64,000 bases of DNA from Haliotis rufescens (taxonomy: Eukaryota). Where the stretch lies: NCBI RefSeq assembly GCF_023055435.1, contig NW_025963802.1, positions 6,944,001-7,008,000 on the forward strand, given 5' to 3'. Numbering within the stretch: position 1 is the first letter of the stretch; each line of letters opens with the position of its first letter. Shown in pieces: positions 37,732 to 51,027 of the stretch. The notes below the pieces were generated by a model. The model ran no database searches and was not told the DNA's origin. It was given only the letters and a program-made list of their open reading frames with translations. The position numbers and the translations under genes were made by a program.

Positions 37732-40151
37732 TGTTTGATGAATTTCTCAACAATACATATGCCGCGCAATCAAATATGAAATGGAGTTCATCTTCAATGC
37801 TTTTAGTATTACACATCCTACAAATTCGGTTAACAGTTATAGCTTCTTTACATCTGATATTACAGCGCAACGGCAGTTCATGCAATCTCAACAAGCAGAT
37901 ATATCTTCTTAATTCCCTAACATTGATGTTTGTAACATCATATTCAACAGTCAGCAATGACTTAATATTCGTATCATGTGCAAGTCGTTTTGAATCATTG
38001 ATAATACTAAATATGTTTTGTTTTCCACAATCTTCTAATCTCTGTCTGAACATCGACAGAAAATATGAAAAATCTCCAATATCTTGACTAACCCATCCAT
38101 ATCCGAAACCATACGTGTATAACAACAATCTTACAGCCCCACACCTCCGCCCCGTATAACAAAAAAGGTTTTATCTTACAATCAAACAACTTAAATAACA
38201 TATTTCCAGGAATATTTGGGTGTTTATGCTGTAATTGAGCTTTAGTGGCTTTTGAAACAAGAGTATTTGTACATACTGTCAACCTAGTAGAAAACATAAT
38301 ACCTAAAAAATTATAATAGGTTGATGTCTTTAGTAGCTCTCCATCAAAATACCACTTCTCATAATGTCGTAAATAACCACCATTTAGAAAAAAAAACTAA
38401 TATTTCTGTCTTATCCATATTTATCTGTAAGCCCCATGATTTACTATATTTACATAAAATATCAATCTTTCTTTGCAAACCAATAACACTGTAATCAAAA
38501 ATACAGAAATCATCAGCATACAATAATAACACGAGTTCCAAATAATCTACACCTATGTATATACCTCTTACATCTGCATTTTCCATCAATGATGGAAATT
38601 CTGAAATCAACATTGCAAATAAAAACGGGCTGATAACACAAACTTGTCTGACTCTACTTAAACTATCAAAATAATCAGTAATAGTAGTGTTGGACACTCT
38701 TAAAGCTGCTTTTATATTCGAATACATATTTCTCAGTACAGAGAATAATTTACGATGAATACCTTTATTAATTATTGAATACCACAGTAATTTCCTATTA
38801 AAAGAATCAAATGCTTTCTTGAAGTTTACATAAATACAGTAAAAACGTCCCCAAATTTTAGATAAATACTTTTGTACACGACATTGCAAAGTGAAACTAT
38901 TATCCGTTGTGCAATAGCCTTTCCTAACACCTGCCTGGGCCACAGGTATACTGTTAAAGTGATCGGAAAAACGTTTAAGACGCCCATTTAGAATAGAGCC
39001 GAATAACTTCCCAAAAATATCCATCAAAGATATGTCTCTAATTATTAACACAGTCGAAGCTTCCTTTTTTAAAGAGTGGTACAATAACACTCTCAGCCCA
39101 TTCTGATGGAAAATTACCCGTTGACAAAATAGTATTATACATAACTAACAAATATGGAATTAAAACAGTTCTGCAGCATTGGATCATGTCAGCCGTAATA
39201 CCATCTGGTCCTGCAGCTTTACCCTGCTTCAGATCTCTTATGAATGATTCGATCTCTTCCTGTGTAATATCATCATTAAGAATATTATTATATCATCATC
39301 AGTACAGAAATCACACAATTGTTCATTATAGTTATTTATAACCTAATCTATCTGCTCAATGATATCCGAGTCCACAAGTATATCAGTATGGTTTAAAATA
39401 TTCAGTCTTAATATAATCAAACCAATCTTCTTGGCAAATCTGGGTGGAAAGAGGACCACAACTTGTCTTCTTTGTCAATGCGATTATGTTGAATATTTAG
39501 AAAGAATCTCCTTATCACCAATAACTTGTCTAATACATTAAACTTTTTAGTCTTCATATCCTCACAGTCTTTATCGTAGCATTTTTTATCCAGATGTAAG
39601 TTTTGATTATCTAGCCCTAGAAAGTAATCCGCATGAAATAGAACCACTATGTACAGCATTGGTCAAAGCTTCAACAGCTAAATCAACATTCAAAGACAAT
39701 AAATGCATAAACTCATCCATGTGAAGTGCAGACAATGACTCAAAAACATTATGTTTGAAGGCATCACATATTTCATTTCTCCATGTATATCTGGGAATAT
39801 TATTCACATGCATTGCATTAACATTATTGACCTGTCTATCACATCCATGGAGGGTAAGTAGGAAAGGAAAGTGACCTGATTCATAGCTTGTGAAAAAAAA
39901 TAGTTGAGCATAGTACATAATCAACCAAACTAGCGCCACCTTCCTTAAAACAAGTAAATGATTCCCAGCAAATCGTCCATTTACAATATGGACAGAAAAC
40001 GTACAACAAAAGTCTACCAGATCCCTCCTGTAATCATTACACACATCATCTCTGGTACTGCGGGGCACGTCAAATGCATCCGATACATACTTCTTATAAA
40101 CATGTAATAAATCTGTCGTTGTCGTCGATAATAAAATCTTTCAAATTACCA

Positions 40152-40430
40152 GACCCGTGAAGATTCCGGGGTAGAATACATGTAGGTCTTCAGCAACCAA
40201 TGCTTGTCGTAAAAGGTGACTAAGTTTGTCGTAAAATGCGACTATCGGCATTGGGTGGTCAGGCTCGCTGATTTGGTTGATGCATGTCATCGATCCCAAT
40301 TGCGTGGATCGATGCTCATGATATTATTCACTGGATTGTCTGGTCCAGACTGTATTATTTACAGACCGCCGTCATATAGCTGGAATATTGCTGAGCGCGG
40401 CGTTAAACGACAAACCAATCAACCAACCAA
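40152..40430 (+). mobile_element. SINE B, copy 3
   Basis: Same TSD; retains ~13 bp (CCCAATTGCGTGGATCGATG region) missing from copies 1-2. Confidence 0.85.
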
Positions 40431-40574
40431 TCAAATTACCACAGCGTACATTATAGTCACCAGGAAGAATAATTTCCCAATCTGGGTGTTCATGTAACAC
40501 AGCAGACAAGCTTTTATCTAAGTACTCTAGACCCTTAGGGACTCTATTGTCTGTCATTACTAAGTACAAATGTA

Positions 40575-41974
40575 TACTGAACAACAAAAGTTCCTGTGAC
40601 ATTGAATAAGATTTAATGCAAAGTTATGCTTTTTACAAAATCCGAAACAATTTCGGTTTGCTATGGATAAAAGACTGTTCAAATGGTTAATTTCCCATAC
40701 AGACTTCAGAAAAAGCGTGATTTCATAAAAAAAATCAAACCAATCAAATTACATAATTGACATAATCAATAAATAAACATAATCAGTAGCGTGTGTGTCC
40801 ACCTCTGGCAAGCAACACATCTTCGTTTCATGGAATAGACCAGGCGTTGCACAAAGTCCTGTGGGATATCTGTCCATATCTGCTGGAGCATGTTTCGAAG
40901 TTCCTGCAGGGTCTGTGGAACACGTCGAAGGTTGTCTCTCCATCTCATCCCACATGTGCTCGATTGGTGAGAGATCAGGGGAGCGAGCCGGCCAGGGAAT
41001 GACATTCACGTTGTTTTGTTGAAGAGAATCCTGAACAAGTCGAGCAATTTGAGGCCGGGCGTTGTCATGTTGAAAGGTAATGCCTGGGCCATGACGACGC
41101 AAAAACGGTAGAACAACAGGGTTGATGATCTCGTCGCGGTAGCGCTGTCCATTGAGATTTATCTCTACCACTATCAAACAGGTCCTCTGTCTTGCTGTAA
41201 TCCCACCCCATACCATAACGCTGCCGCCCCCGAACCGATCTTCTTCCATGACACAATGATTGACGTAACGTTCACCTCGACGTCGGTACACGCGAATGCC
41301 TCCATCGCTGTGGATGAGGTGAAAACGAGACTCGTCAGTGAATAGAACTTGTTCTCAGTGCATGACCGTCCAGCGTAGACGTTGTCTGCACCACTGTAGA
41401 CGTGCTTGAAGGCCAGGGATGCTTCTTGCAGTCACTGTTGCTGGCTGGAATCGACTTCGTAGGTATGTTGTTCGAATCAAGTTGTCTTGTCGATTATTGG
41501 TTACACGTGGCCTGCCACCCCGAGGATGGTCTCTGACTGCATTCGTCTGTTGCCAACGTTGCCATAAACACCTGTCCTGTGGACATTAAATTGTCTTGCA
41601 ACATCACGTTGACTCGATCCTGCTTCAAGCATACCAATGACTCGCAGACGCTCATTTTCGGACAGGCGTTGTTTTTCGTAATGTTGAATAGTTACGTAAT
41701 TTTGTTGTTTTTCTGAGTGGTTGTTGTCAGCACGATGCTAAACAATGCAAATGGAATCCCGTTAACGCACATGTTTTCATACCCATGCTTGGGTTGTGAA
41801 ATGCATGGAACTTGCATAAAAGTCATCTTTTGCATGGAATACATGCTTTTCTGTAGCAGTTGGGGTTTTTGTGACTTGATTTCCTTGCATGTACTACAAT
41901 ATTGAAAACCAGACTTTACTTGTTTGAAACATACACTAAAATATTGGTGTCACAGGAACTTTTGTTGTTGAGTT
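40575..41974 (-). mobile_element. Tc1 element, copy 3
   Basis: Same insertion; GGGSVMVWGGI closer to the Tc1 consensus; terminal base of the right TIR mutated. Confidence 0.92.
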
Positions 41975-44241
41975 TATTAACAGGATGCACAAAACCAACA
42001 AGTAAATTACGTGTGAGATTATATATACTCTTATCAAGTAACAGAAATATCATGTCTGTGTAGTCAATAATAACACGGCGCAGACCATGTGATAGTGAAG
42101 TGTGAACACACACAGACACGCCCTCTCGGTAGTTTACCCTCTGCAGTTCGTGTAGACACGGTACTCGGGGAACATAGTCTCTATGCTTTCCTTTGTGCAG
42201 TGTATCTCTAGAAGACCAAAGATACTGTGATCAGTGGAAATAAACTTCAATAAAACTTCATGATTTATTCTATCAAATGCCTTTGAAAAATCAACGAAGA
42301 TGCTATAAAATCTACCATTAGTTTTTGGAGAGATATTTGTGCAAATGCCTGTAATGCCAAAAAGTGATCAATAGAAAAATATCCGGATCTAAATCCAGCT
42401 TAAGGGCTTAATATTCGTGTATAATATTATTAATGTCACACCAGGATTGTAATATTTCATCCAGAATATATGTCAGAACTTTTCACAGTGAGTAAATAAG
42501 AGATATGCCCCTGTAATTATCTGTAATATAAAACAAGCTACATACATCAATGTTTGTTGATTCATGCACATGTCTATTTGTCGTTGAGAGGTCAGATGAA
42601 GTGAAATGAGGGTTAACGTCACATTCACTTCCCTAGCTACTCGCACTTTGTAAAGGGTCATGCGATTATTCATTTGACCGCTTACACATATGCTAGTTTT
42701 GTCGCGGTACCTCATAGTACACATTATCCTCCACAGTGGATATACATGCATATAGTTCTATTCGTCCTTGATATTGCTTCCTGTATAAGGATAGAGTTCA
42801 CATGGTCCAAAGCAGTGCTTCCTATACATATATATAGTTCACATTATCACAGAGGGTGCCTCCTATACCCGCATTTAGTTCGCATCGTCCATGCGATACC
42901 ATGCTGCTGACCAAAGCCCTAGAAACTCGCACAAGCCATGCTGCCAAACACGGTCACCCTTCCATCAACTTTCCACGAGCAACGTTGCTTAACGTCGCCT
43001 GATTTGTGACCTGTGCTTTGTACACGGGGTGCCGTACAATCAATAATGTGAACTATATGTACGCTAAGGACAATGGGGGTTATTATACATATGTAATTAT
43101 AAATAAACATATATATACATATTAGGAAACTCTGCCTGGGACGATGCGAACTATATGCGGGAATATGGGGCACACTCTGTGATAACTATATACACGAATA
43201 GCAAGCACTGCGTTTGTAGAAAGCACTGACAGCGACAATGGGAAGTATATAAATGAATAGGAAGCGCTTTCTGGAATAATGTAAACTATTTGCGTGCGAA
43301 GGAAGTACTTGCAGCGAAAATGGGAAGTGATATACGTGTATGGGAAGTACTGTCTGGAATGTGAGCTATACACTTAGTGAAAGCACTGCTCGGAACAATA
43401 TGAGATTGTATGGAACATGTATTGTTAGAAACAATATGTATCTAGGCCCTGGATACTATGTCATCATACCAAACATTAACACAAATGTGAAACGTATCAA
43501 TGTACCAATCAGCCTACCAAACGGTAGATGAATAACACCAAACCAACAAATTAAGAGACAATGAATCAGAAATTCAAAAGAGAACGTGTTTATTTCAAAA
43601 CGGTTGAAAAATTAACAAATACAATTGATTGTTATATATGATATAACATAAGTATTGTTCAAAATGATATACGAATCTTCACACATGATCACACATATAT
43701 TGATAGTTGCTTTAAGCACCACATCAATAATATATTATACAATATCATACAATGACAAAAAATACAAAACACCTCCTTTATAGATCTATGAAATAGTGCA
43801 AGTCATACATATAGAATATGTTTATGTCCTTGATGAATAAATTATACAATGCCATAAACATATACTGCCAATAATAATGCTACTTGTATGCTTTGATTAA
43901 ACGCTTTGATGGTGTAACTGATGGATTTACTAACTTAATTGGTTACCAATTCGTTTTGTTCTCATAAAGTGTAGGCATTATAATCAGGTATAATGTTAAC
44001 TGACATTTCCGTTAATAATTCCAGCATTATTAGTGAAATGCCATACCTAAATGTACTTGGCATTACATATGTAGTATGAAGACAGTTGAACACAAATGTC
44101 AAAAATGTAATGTATTCTGTGATTTAGGCATCTTACAAACCAGGACTAGTAGTGTGGGCTATACATGGTGGAACACCAAAATGCTATGTTTCAAGTCTTC
44201 GGGGTTTATTTGTTGAACTTAAGGGTAGGCCAAGCAACCTC

Positions 44242-47200
44242 TCATCTCCGCCATTTGGTTAAATCGATTGTTGGAAGATCGTTGCAGGGTATCAAAGGAT
44301 TGCTGTGAAATACAAAAATGTGTCACCCAGTTAAAATATTAACATTTCCGTCAGCATATTTCATATGATCTGGTTTGATATTCGTATCCTATATAACTGA
44401 ATGAGCTTGAATATGTTACATTCAAAGTGTGTCACGAGGTGTAAATGGATCCAGGATACAATTCTGATCAATGTTCACTAAATGAAGTACGCCAGATATA
44501 CCCTGTCGCATGTTGATATGAGGTCTGTCTGTGCGAGATAATTAATTACTGACGCACAAAGGAGATGAATGTCTTCATTGCCTACCTTTCTTTTGAGTAC
44601 ACTGTAAAAGGATCTCTTTGGATAAACTTCACTCCTGAATTCCTACAAAGAATTTTGGCAAAGCGCATTCGTCGGATCTCAGACAGTTGTCCTGAAATAG
44701 AAAACGCAATAAATATTTATATATACAATTACTTCTGACAGCAAGAGAGTATCTTTTTTCCAAACTATTGTCAGTGAAACACTAAAACATTTTGACATCT
44801 TGAACTAGAAATGCAATAAAATTCATATTATGATATAACATTCTCATCTTAAAGGCATATTAAGTTATCTCATAAGTACATAGTTTGACATCAACAAAAT
44901 AGTTTAACAAAACATACAAGCACACAGGAACAGACTGGACGGTACCTAATGTAAAGCCCTTTCTTGGATGGGATGTTTCGAACCAGAATGAGTCGCCATA
45001 TTTCAGGTCATGGAACTGTTGACCAATCAGACAAGCGAGGAGAGGGCCCACTGCACCGCCATGCACGTGCTGTTCAGCTACTGCACCGGTGAAGACGTCG
45101 ATGTCATCAGGGGATCTGAAGCAAGAATACATAAACGTAAGGAGATCTTGAGAAATGTCAAATAAGGGTTAAAGTATCTTTATTAAATAAATTTGTTACA
45201 ATAACTCTGTACACATATAAGAGTAAATTAAATTAGACAAACCTGTATACACTTTTCAAAGCAGCTCCTGCTTTACCAAATATACTGTCATCAAATGAAG
45301 TCACTTCCCATAGCTGACATGCCTTGCGAAAGCTGTTGTATGATGGCAGGCCGTGGTCACGACCTCTCTGAATGTTCAAGGACACGATGTCAAAGCTATT
45401 ATTGCCCGACGTCTCAAACAAATGCTCAGTCATCCCACTGTTGATGAATCGGTTAACCTCCTGATGTCTGTCCTTGAGGATAGCCTTCAGCACGGTGTCC
45501 AGATCTTTGATGACCTCAGAAGGCCTGAAGAAGAGCTGTTCTATGGGTACACGTCGATCTCCGAGGGTCAGGAAACGTGGAATGGTGGAGTGGCCGTATC
45601 TGAAGGCGGCGGTGGCGAAAACGTTGTAGATGGTGGGGTTTTGGGTGAAGTTGTACCTGAAGCTGAAGCCAGGGGTCAGTCTGTACTTCCTCATGGCCAA
45701 GGGCCCAACAATAATGGGCAGCCATTCGCGGTAGGTGACTTGTTGGATGATGGCTGACACGATCTTTCTGGCCTCTTCAAACAAGACATCATCAGGAATG
45801 GTCGATGGCATGACATCAGCAAGTTCTTTGACAAGACGATTGTGTTCGCGGACAAACACGGTGTGTAGCACGGCCAGACCAGGGAACACGTTCACACGGT
45901 CGTCACCTGATGATGGAGTTAGTTATAAAGAAGTTGTGACAGTGTTGTAAATTAACCATATCATTCGAAAATTACCAAATGGTCATGTGTGAAGTACAAT
46001 ATGAACAGATTCTGAAAAAAGTACTACGGATACATTAATAAGTTGTATTTACCAGCTTTAAAACACCATTCGTTGGTATTGCTTGTTCGACAGTTGCCTT
46101 GGTTGGATTCTGGCAACAGGTTATCTCCCTTGATTTTCATGTAGGCTGAAAAGTTGAATGACGACATTAATTTGTATATACCAATTACTCTCTGGGGTAT
46201 TTTGTCAAATTTTAAAATATTTGTTTGATCATGAATTATAATTTAAAACAAAATATTGCCTGACTTACGTCCATTCCTGAGGTGATTGATCTGATCCTGA
46301 CTGAGTCCGTACACGTTAGAGGCGTCCACAAAGGACGTCAGTAGGTTCAACTGTTCTCGAGTATCTGGAAGTCACATGGTTTTTAATTAAATATGGATGT
46401 TATCATACAGTGTTGTTTATGGCTTTCGTTACTTAATAAGATGAGCATAAAAATAATGACAGAACAATCCTACGTTGAGATGAGGCTACCTTCACAGCCT
46501 TGTATTCATATACTCACTCCTTCCAGGTGCTGGGGCTGATCTTTTGAACTCCATGCAGTTCTTTTGGAAATGTCCTTCATTTACTGGCATGGTGATTGGG
46601 AAACAAGGACCGCTGGAACAGTGAAATACCAAAAGAATTAACACGTTTCCTATTTCAAATCAACCATTGTTATCATAATGTTTATGATATGTTATGATAC
46701 ACAAACACATGCTTATGATGTAGTCGGAATCTTATAGTAGACTTTTATAATCATGGAAAAGGTAGTCTCCCTTTCATCCTTATTATAATCATGTATACAA
46801 TATCACGTAATTTTAAAGTATATTATTTCTGATTCATTCATTTAAAATATCACGACTAGTTATGTCCATTAACACAAACAGAATGATTAAGTGTGGAAAA
46901 TATAGAATGTTAATTGCTTACCCAGCTCGTACATCAGAATGCATCTCTCCAGGTGTGTGACCATCGCAACATTTAGATTGAACATCACCTTGAAGGAATA
47001 TAAGGATTTGTTAAGTTAATACAAAGATTTAGATGCATATCGTAATTATTGAAATAGGTTCGAAAAATATGGATCACAAAAACAAATATATCACAGTTTG
47101 TCTGATTTCATCATCACACGTCTGGTCACTTTGATGGTCAGAGGGTATTGGCCATTTGGCACGTACCTTCATGAAGAGGAGTTCCGGTGAGATCGTGGTC

Positions 47201-49019
47201 CACAAATTGCCCCCACTGCATCACCATCACCGTGTGGTCGTCAGAAGGACTGTCAACTCCCGGATGGACGGCCACACTGATGGCGCGTGGACTGGGAAGG
47301 GGATAACCATCAACGCCTCTCATTCGGGGAACGAACTTGCCTGAAAAGTCAAACCTTTGCTTTTAAAGTTCACTAAAGTATGGTTAGTTGTGATATTGAT
47401 GGGGCATAACTAAATGTCCCCATTGGAATACTTACAAGACTTGCTTCCAAACGGTCTGATTTATTTATGAAAATCGCCTTGGTTATAAGCATGAAATAAT
47501 GATTTTTAAGTTCTAATATCAATGTGAAGAAAATCTGTTCTTTACCATCATCATATGCAGGATCAATAAATCTCTTGAATGGTTGGTTGGTTGAACCCCA
47601 GGTTGACAAGCGAACATTGTTGCAACTTCCGTCCATTGTCCGGTAGCGGGCGTCTTGTCTGCAGTCGATAGAGCGCCGTCTGTAAAAGTGAATGGTGTTA
47701 TCAAGTCCAATGATAATTGGTGTATGTATCAACTACATTAAACTCTCAACCACAAACGAAGTGTCCATATATGAGAATTAGTACGAAACTGACCTGATGG
47801 TGTGTTTGTCTTGATACTTGGATGTGCTGATGTCTTCTAAGGAGATCTGAGACGTCTCGGCGGCGTCAGCCAGTGTACAAACAACATACTTGTCTTCCTC
47901 ATCACCTACTTCAAAGTAAAGGCATTAATACACTGCCTGCTATCATGGGACAATTTCAGAGTACTTTAACTTCGAAAGTCTGATCAAAGGTCGCACCATC
48001 TGAACTGGATGATGTTCTATATTGAAAATGATGTTTGAGAACGCGTATCAGCATAATATTTGTTTTAAATAATCGGAATTTGTCATCTGTATGTCCCATA
48101 TGCAATAAATCCCCTGAAACATATAAGTTTAAGTATGATCAGATTTGTCAGTTAACCCAATAGACAAATCATGGATAGTGATGCCGTTAATGTTGAATAA
48201 TGAGACTTCTTACCATGCAGGAGTCTGAACAAGATGTCCATTATTCTGTTTTCTCTGTCCAGCGTTTGTCCATCAACTATTCCTTGGTGGTCACCCGAAG
48301 TCGTTGGTGAAGTTTGTAACGCACCAGCAACATCTAATAGGTAAATAAGTACAGAGTATAGAGAAATAGGGCTGTCACAGATTATGAATGCAATCACAAA
48401 AACTTTCATACTTCGCCACCCCATATTTTGTTCTATCGAGTGGCGTTAAACCGGGTTTTTGAATCCGTCTGGAAATATCAACACAAGTCATTGCATGTGC
48501 ATCGTTCAGGGTATACCCAAACACATATTTATTCATCTTATCTCTTGCATATTACATGATGCCAGTTGCGTGAGTAACGCCCAAGCAGATGAAACTAAAA
48601 TAGTATTATTCAATCCTTCACTATAGCTTGTCAAGATTTGGTTCATAATTTTTAAAACACTATACTCACGTTGCTCAATGACGGAATCTATGTGGTTAAC
48701 CTATAAGGGAATGAGTAAACATAGGTTAAATAATCGGTCTAGGGTAAAACAGATGTGATAATCTCAAACACCGTATGCCACCCGTTACTTTGAACATGAT
48801 GAGAGAAAGAAGTTTCAGAACAATAAACCCAGAGTAAGTAATTACATGACATTTCTTATATATACTGATTTTCTACAGACATTCATGACTAGCCAGATAA
48901 ATACCAATACTGATAATGAGAAGAAAAGATAAGAGAAGAAACAAAACACAACCTACCTCTGTGTCCGCCTCTCCAGCAGTGACCACGGTCAACATACAAA
49001 CAAACAACACAACTTTCAT
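44242..49019 (-). CDS. Heme peroxidase copy 4, divergent, 14 exons (exon 3 deleted in frame), ~661 aa
   Basis: A ~365-bp deletion at 48546/48547 removes the 90-nt phase 1-1 exon 3. Exon 4 is 9 nt longer (+6, +3). I found no stop or frameshift in the remaining exons, and the catalytic motifs are retained. Confidence 0.85.
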
Positions 49020-49762
49020 CGTTTCTGCTTCTGTCCAGTACAAAGTGGGAATGTCTGATACACCAAAGATGGGACCTTGTATTTATACTCATATTCCTGG
49101 ATTAAATCAACACAGATTACCCCAGAATTCACACTCCCCTGCTGGGTATTATCCGACATATCTACATGGGGGAGCTAAACATCTTGGATTATGCGGAGGC
49201 AGGCTGATTATCCCGGAGCAGGGTCATCACCGTCATTGTTCTTGGTGTGGTGTATAAACATCAATAACGAGGCAGTTGGTAACTGTTTCTCACCAGGGGG
49301 TATTAACAGAGTGCATTTTTGAGATTATATATAATAGTAACATATTAATAATAACTGAAACCGGAGAAAATGTAAGTTTCTTGTTAATTGACTAAAAATA
49401 GTAATAAAATAATTCATGTCTCCCACAATCACTATGAACTTCTCCATAAGATATGTCACGTGACCGTTCCCTTGAGATATGTAGTTCTTTTAGCTTGAAC
49501 ATCACAAGGACCTTATCAGTGTATTCGCTTTAGGGTTACTTTTGTTTGTGTATTCGGTCTTGCTGTTGTAATCGCTCTACTAATGTACTTTGAGAACATA
49601 TATTCAGTACACCATCTCTCCCGAATTCATTNNNNNNNNNNNNNNNNNNNNNNNNNNNNNNNNNNNNNNNNNNNNNNNNNNNNNNNNNNNNNNNNNNNNN
49701 NNNNNNNNNNNNNNNNNNNNNNNNNNNNNNNNNNNNNNNNNNNNNNNNNNNNNNNNNNNNNN

Positions 49763-49885
49763 ATGTATCAACCAAGTCAGTGAGCCGGACCACCCGATCC
49801 CGTTAGTCGCATTTTACAAGCATAGTCGCCTTTTACGACAAGTATGGGTTGCTGAAGACCAGTTCTACCCCGGAATCTTCACGGG
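49763..49885 (-). mobile_element. Additional SINE B fragment, visible only in unit 4
   Basis: The reverse complement reads CCCGTGAAGATTCCGGGGTAGAACTGGTCTTCAGCAACCCATACTTGTCGTAAAAGGCGACTATGCTTG...GGATCGGGTGGTC, matching the 5' half of SINE B. It runs into the N tract. Confidence 0.85.
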
Positions 49886-49886
49886 C

Positions 49887-49887
<1 letters not shown>

Positions 49888-49958
<71 letters not shown>

Positions 49959-49964
49959 CAGTAG
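49888..49964. repeat. (AGT)n microsatellite
   Basis: Direct reading, roughly 25 units. Confidence 0.97.
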
Positions 49965-50859
49965 TTTGTTGTTTAAGTAACACTGTTGCAGTAGTGGTAT
50001 GGAATGTGTGTCGCAAGTGTCACGTGCTCATGTCATCTGCAAAAGTTTCTCATTTCCATACTCGATGAAACATACATACTGACTGTTGCATATATCAACG
50101 TTGACAACCAGTACTAACTTTCTAGAATTATAATTGAGATATGTATGTACCACATAAAATGTACGACTTGACTTCGTGTTTATGAATAAGTGGAAAATTA
50201 GTTCCTATTAGCAATATCAATGATTGACAATTAGTTTAAAATGTTGATCCTATATGTATTATTTCATTACATCGAGGGACTAGAAAATCCTCCAGACACA
50301 AAACGTAGTGACCACTTCAATGCATTTGTCTCCCAGTACTTGTCCACAAAGCTTGTCAAGAACAACTCGTGATGAGAAGCGGATTACCAACTGTCTCATT
50401 GTTATTATACCACTCTTAGAACAATTACAGTTGATGAGGACATGCCCAGATCAACACCATTCATTAATATAATCCCGGATTAACAAGATGGAAACTTATC
50501 ATGGATTATCATCAGCGACAGCAGATTACGGGATAATCTGTTTTTGTGTATTCGGCAAACATGGTTGTCCAAATATGTAAGAACAATGCCCGATCTATCC
50601 GCTCTCATATGCCAAATATCAATACAATCATTGCTTTTTAGAGCAACCTACATGTGCATCTGCATTCCTCTATAGCACGTTCAGTGCTTTTAATGTATCT
50701 TTTAAAAGTATATATATTCATATACATACAATAATACGATACAATAATACGAATATTTTAATATCCTGTATACACAGGTGTTAATATTAAATACTTGTTT
50801 TCCCATTTCTCAATGTAAAACCTTCAGTTGAGAAAATAGACAAATGTTATCTCTGAAGG

Positions 50860-51027
50860 GTGAGTGAGGGAGCATCTTTTTACGCCGCTTTTGACAATTT
50901 TCCAGCAATATCAAGGCGTTGGACACCAGAAATGAGCTTCACACATTGTATCCATGTGGGGAATCGAGCCCGTGTCTTCGGTGTGACGAGCGAACAATTT
51001 AACCACTAGGTTACCACACCGATCCTC
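50860..51027 (-). mobile_element. tRNA-derived SINE A, copy 4 (diverged)
   Basis: Same site; B box GGGCTCGATTCC is closer to consensus. Confidence 0.85.

Larger units (their letters stand above)
37615..42085 (-). mobile_element. Decayed LINE A, copy 3
   Basis: 243-aa RT ORF at 38359-39090 with LLYADD; boundaries approximate. Confidence 0.88.
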
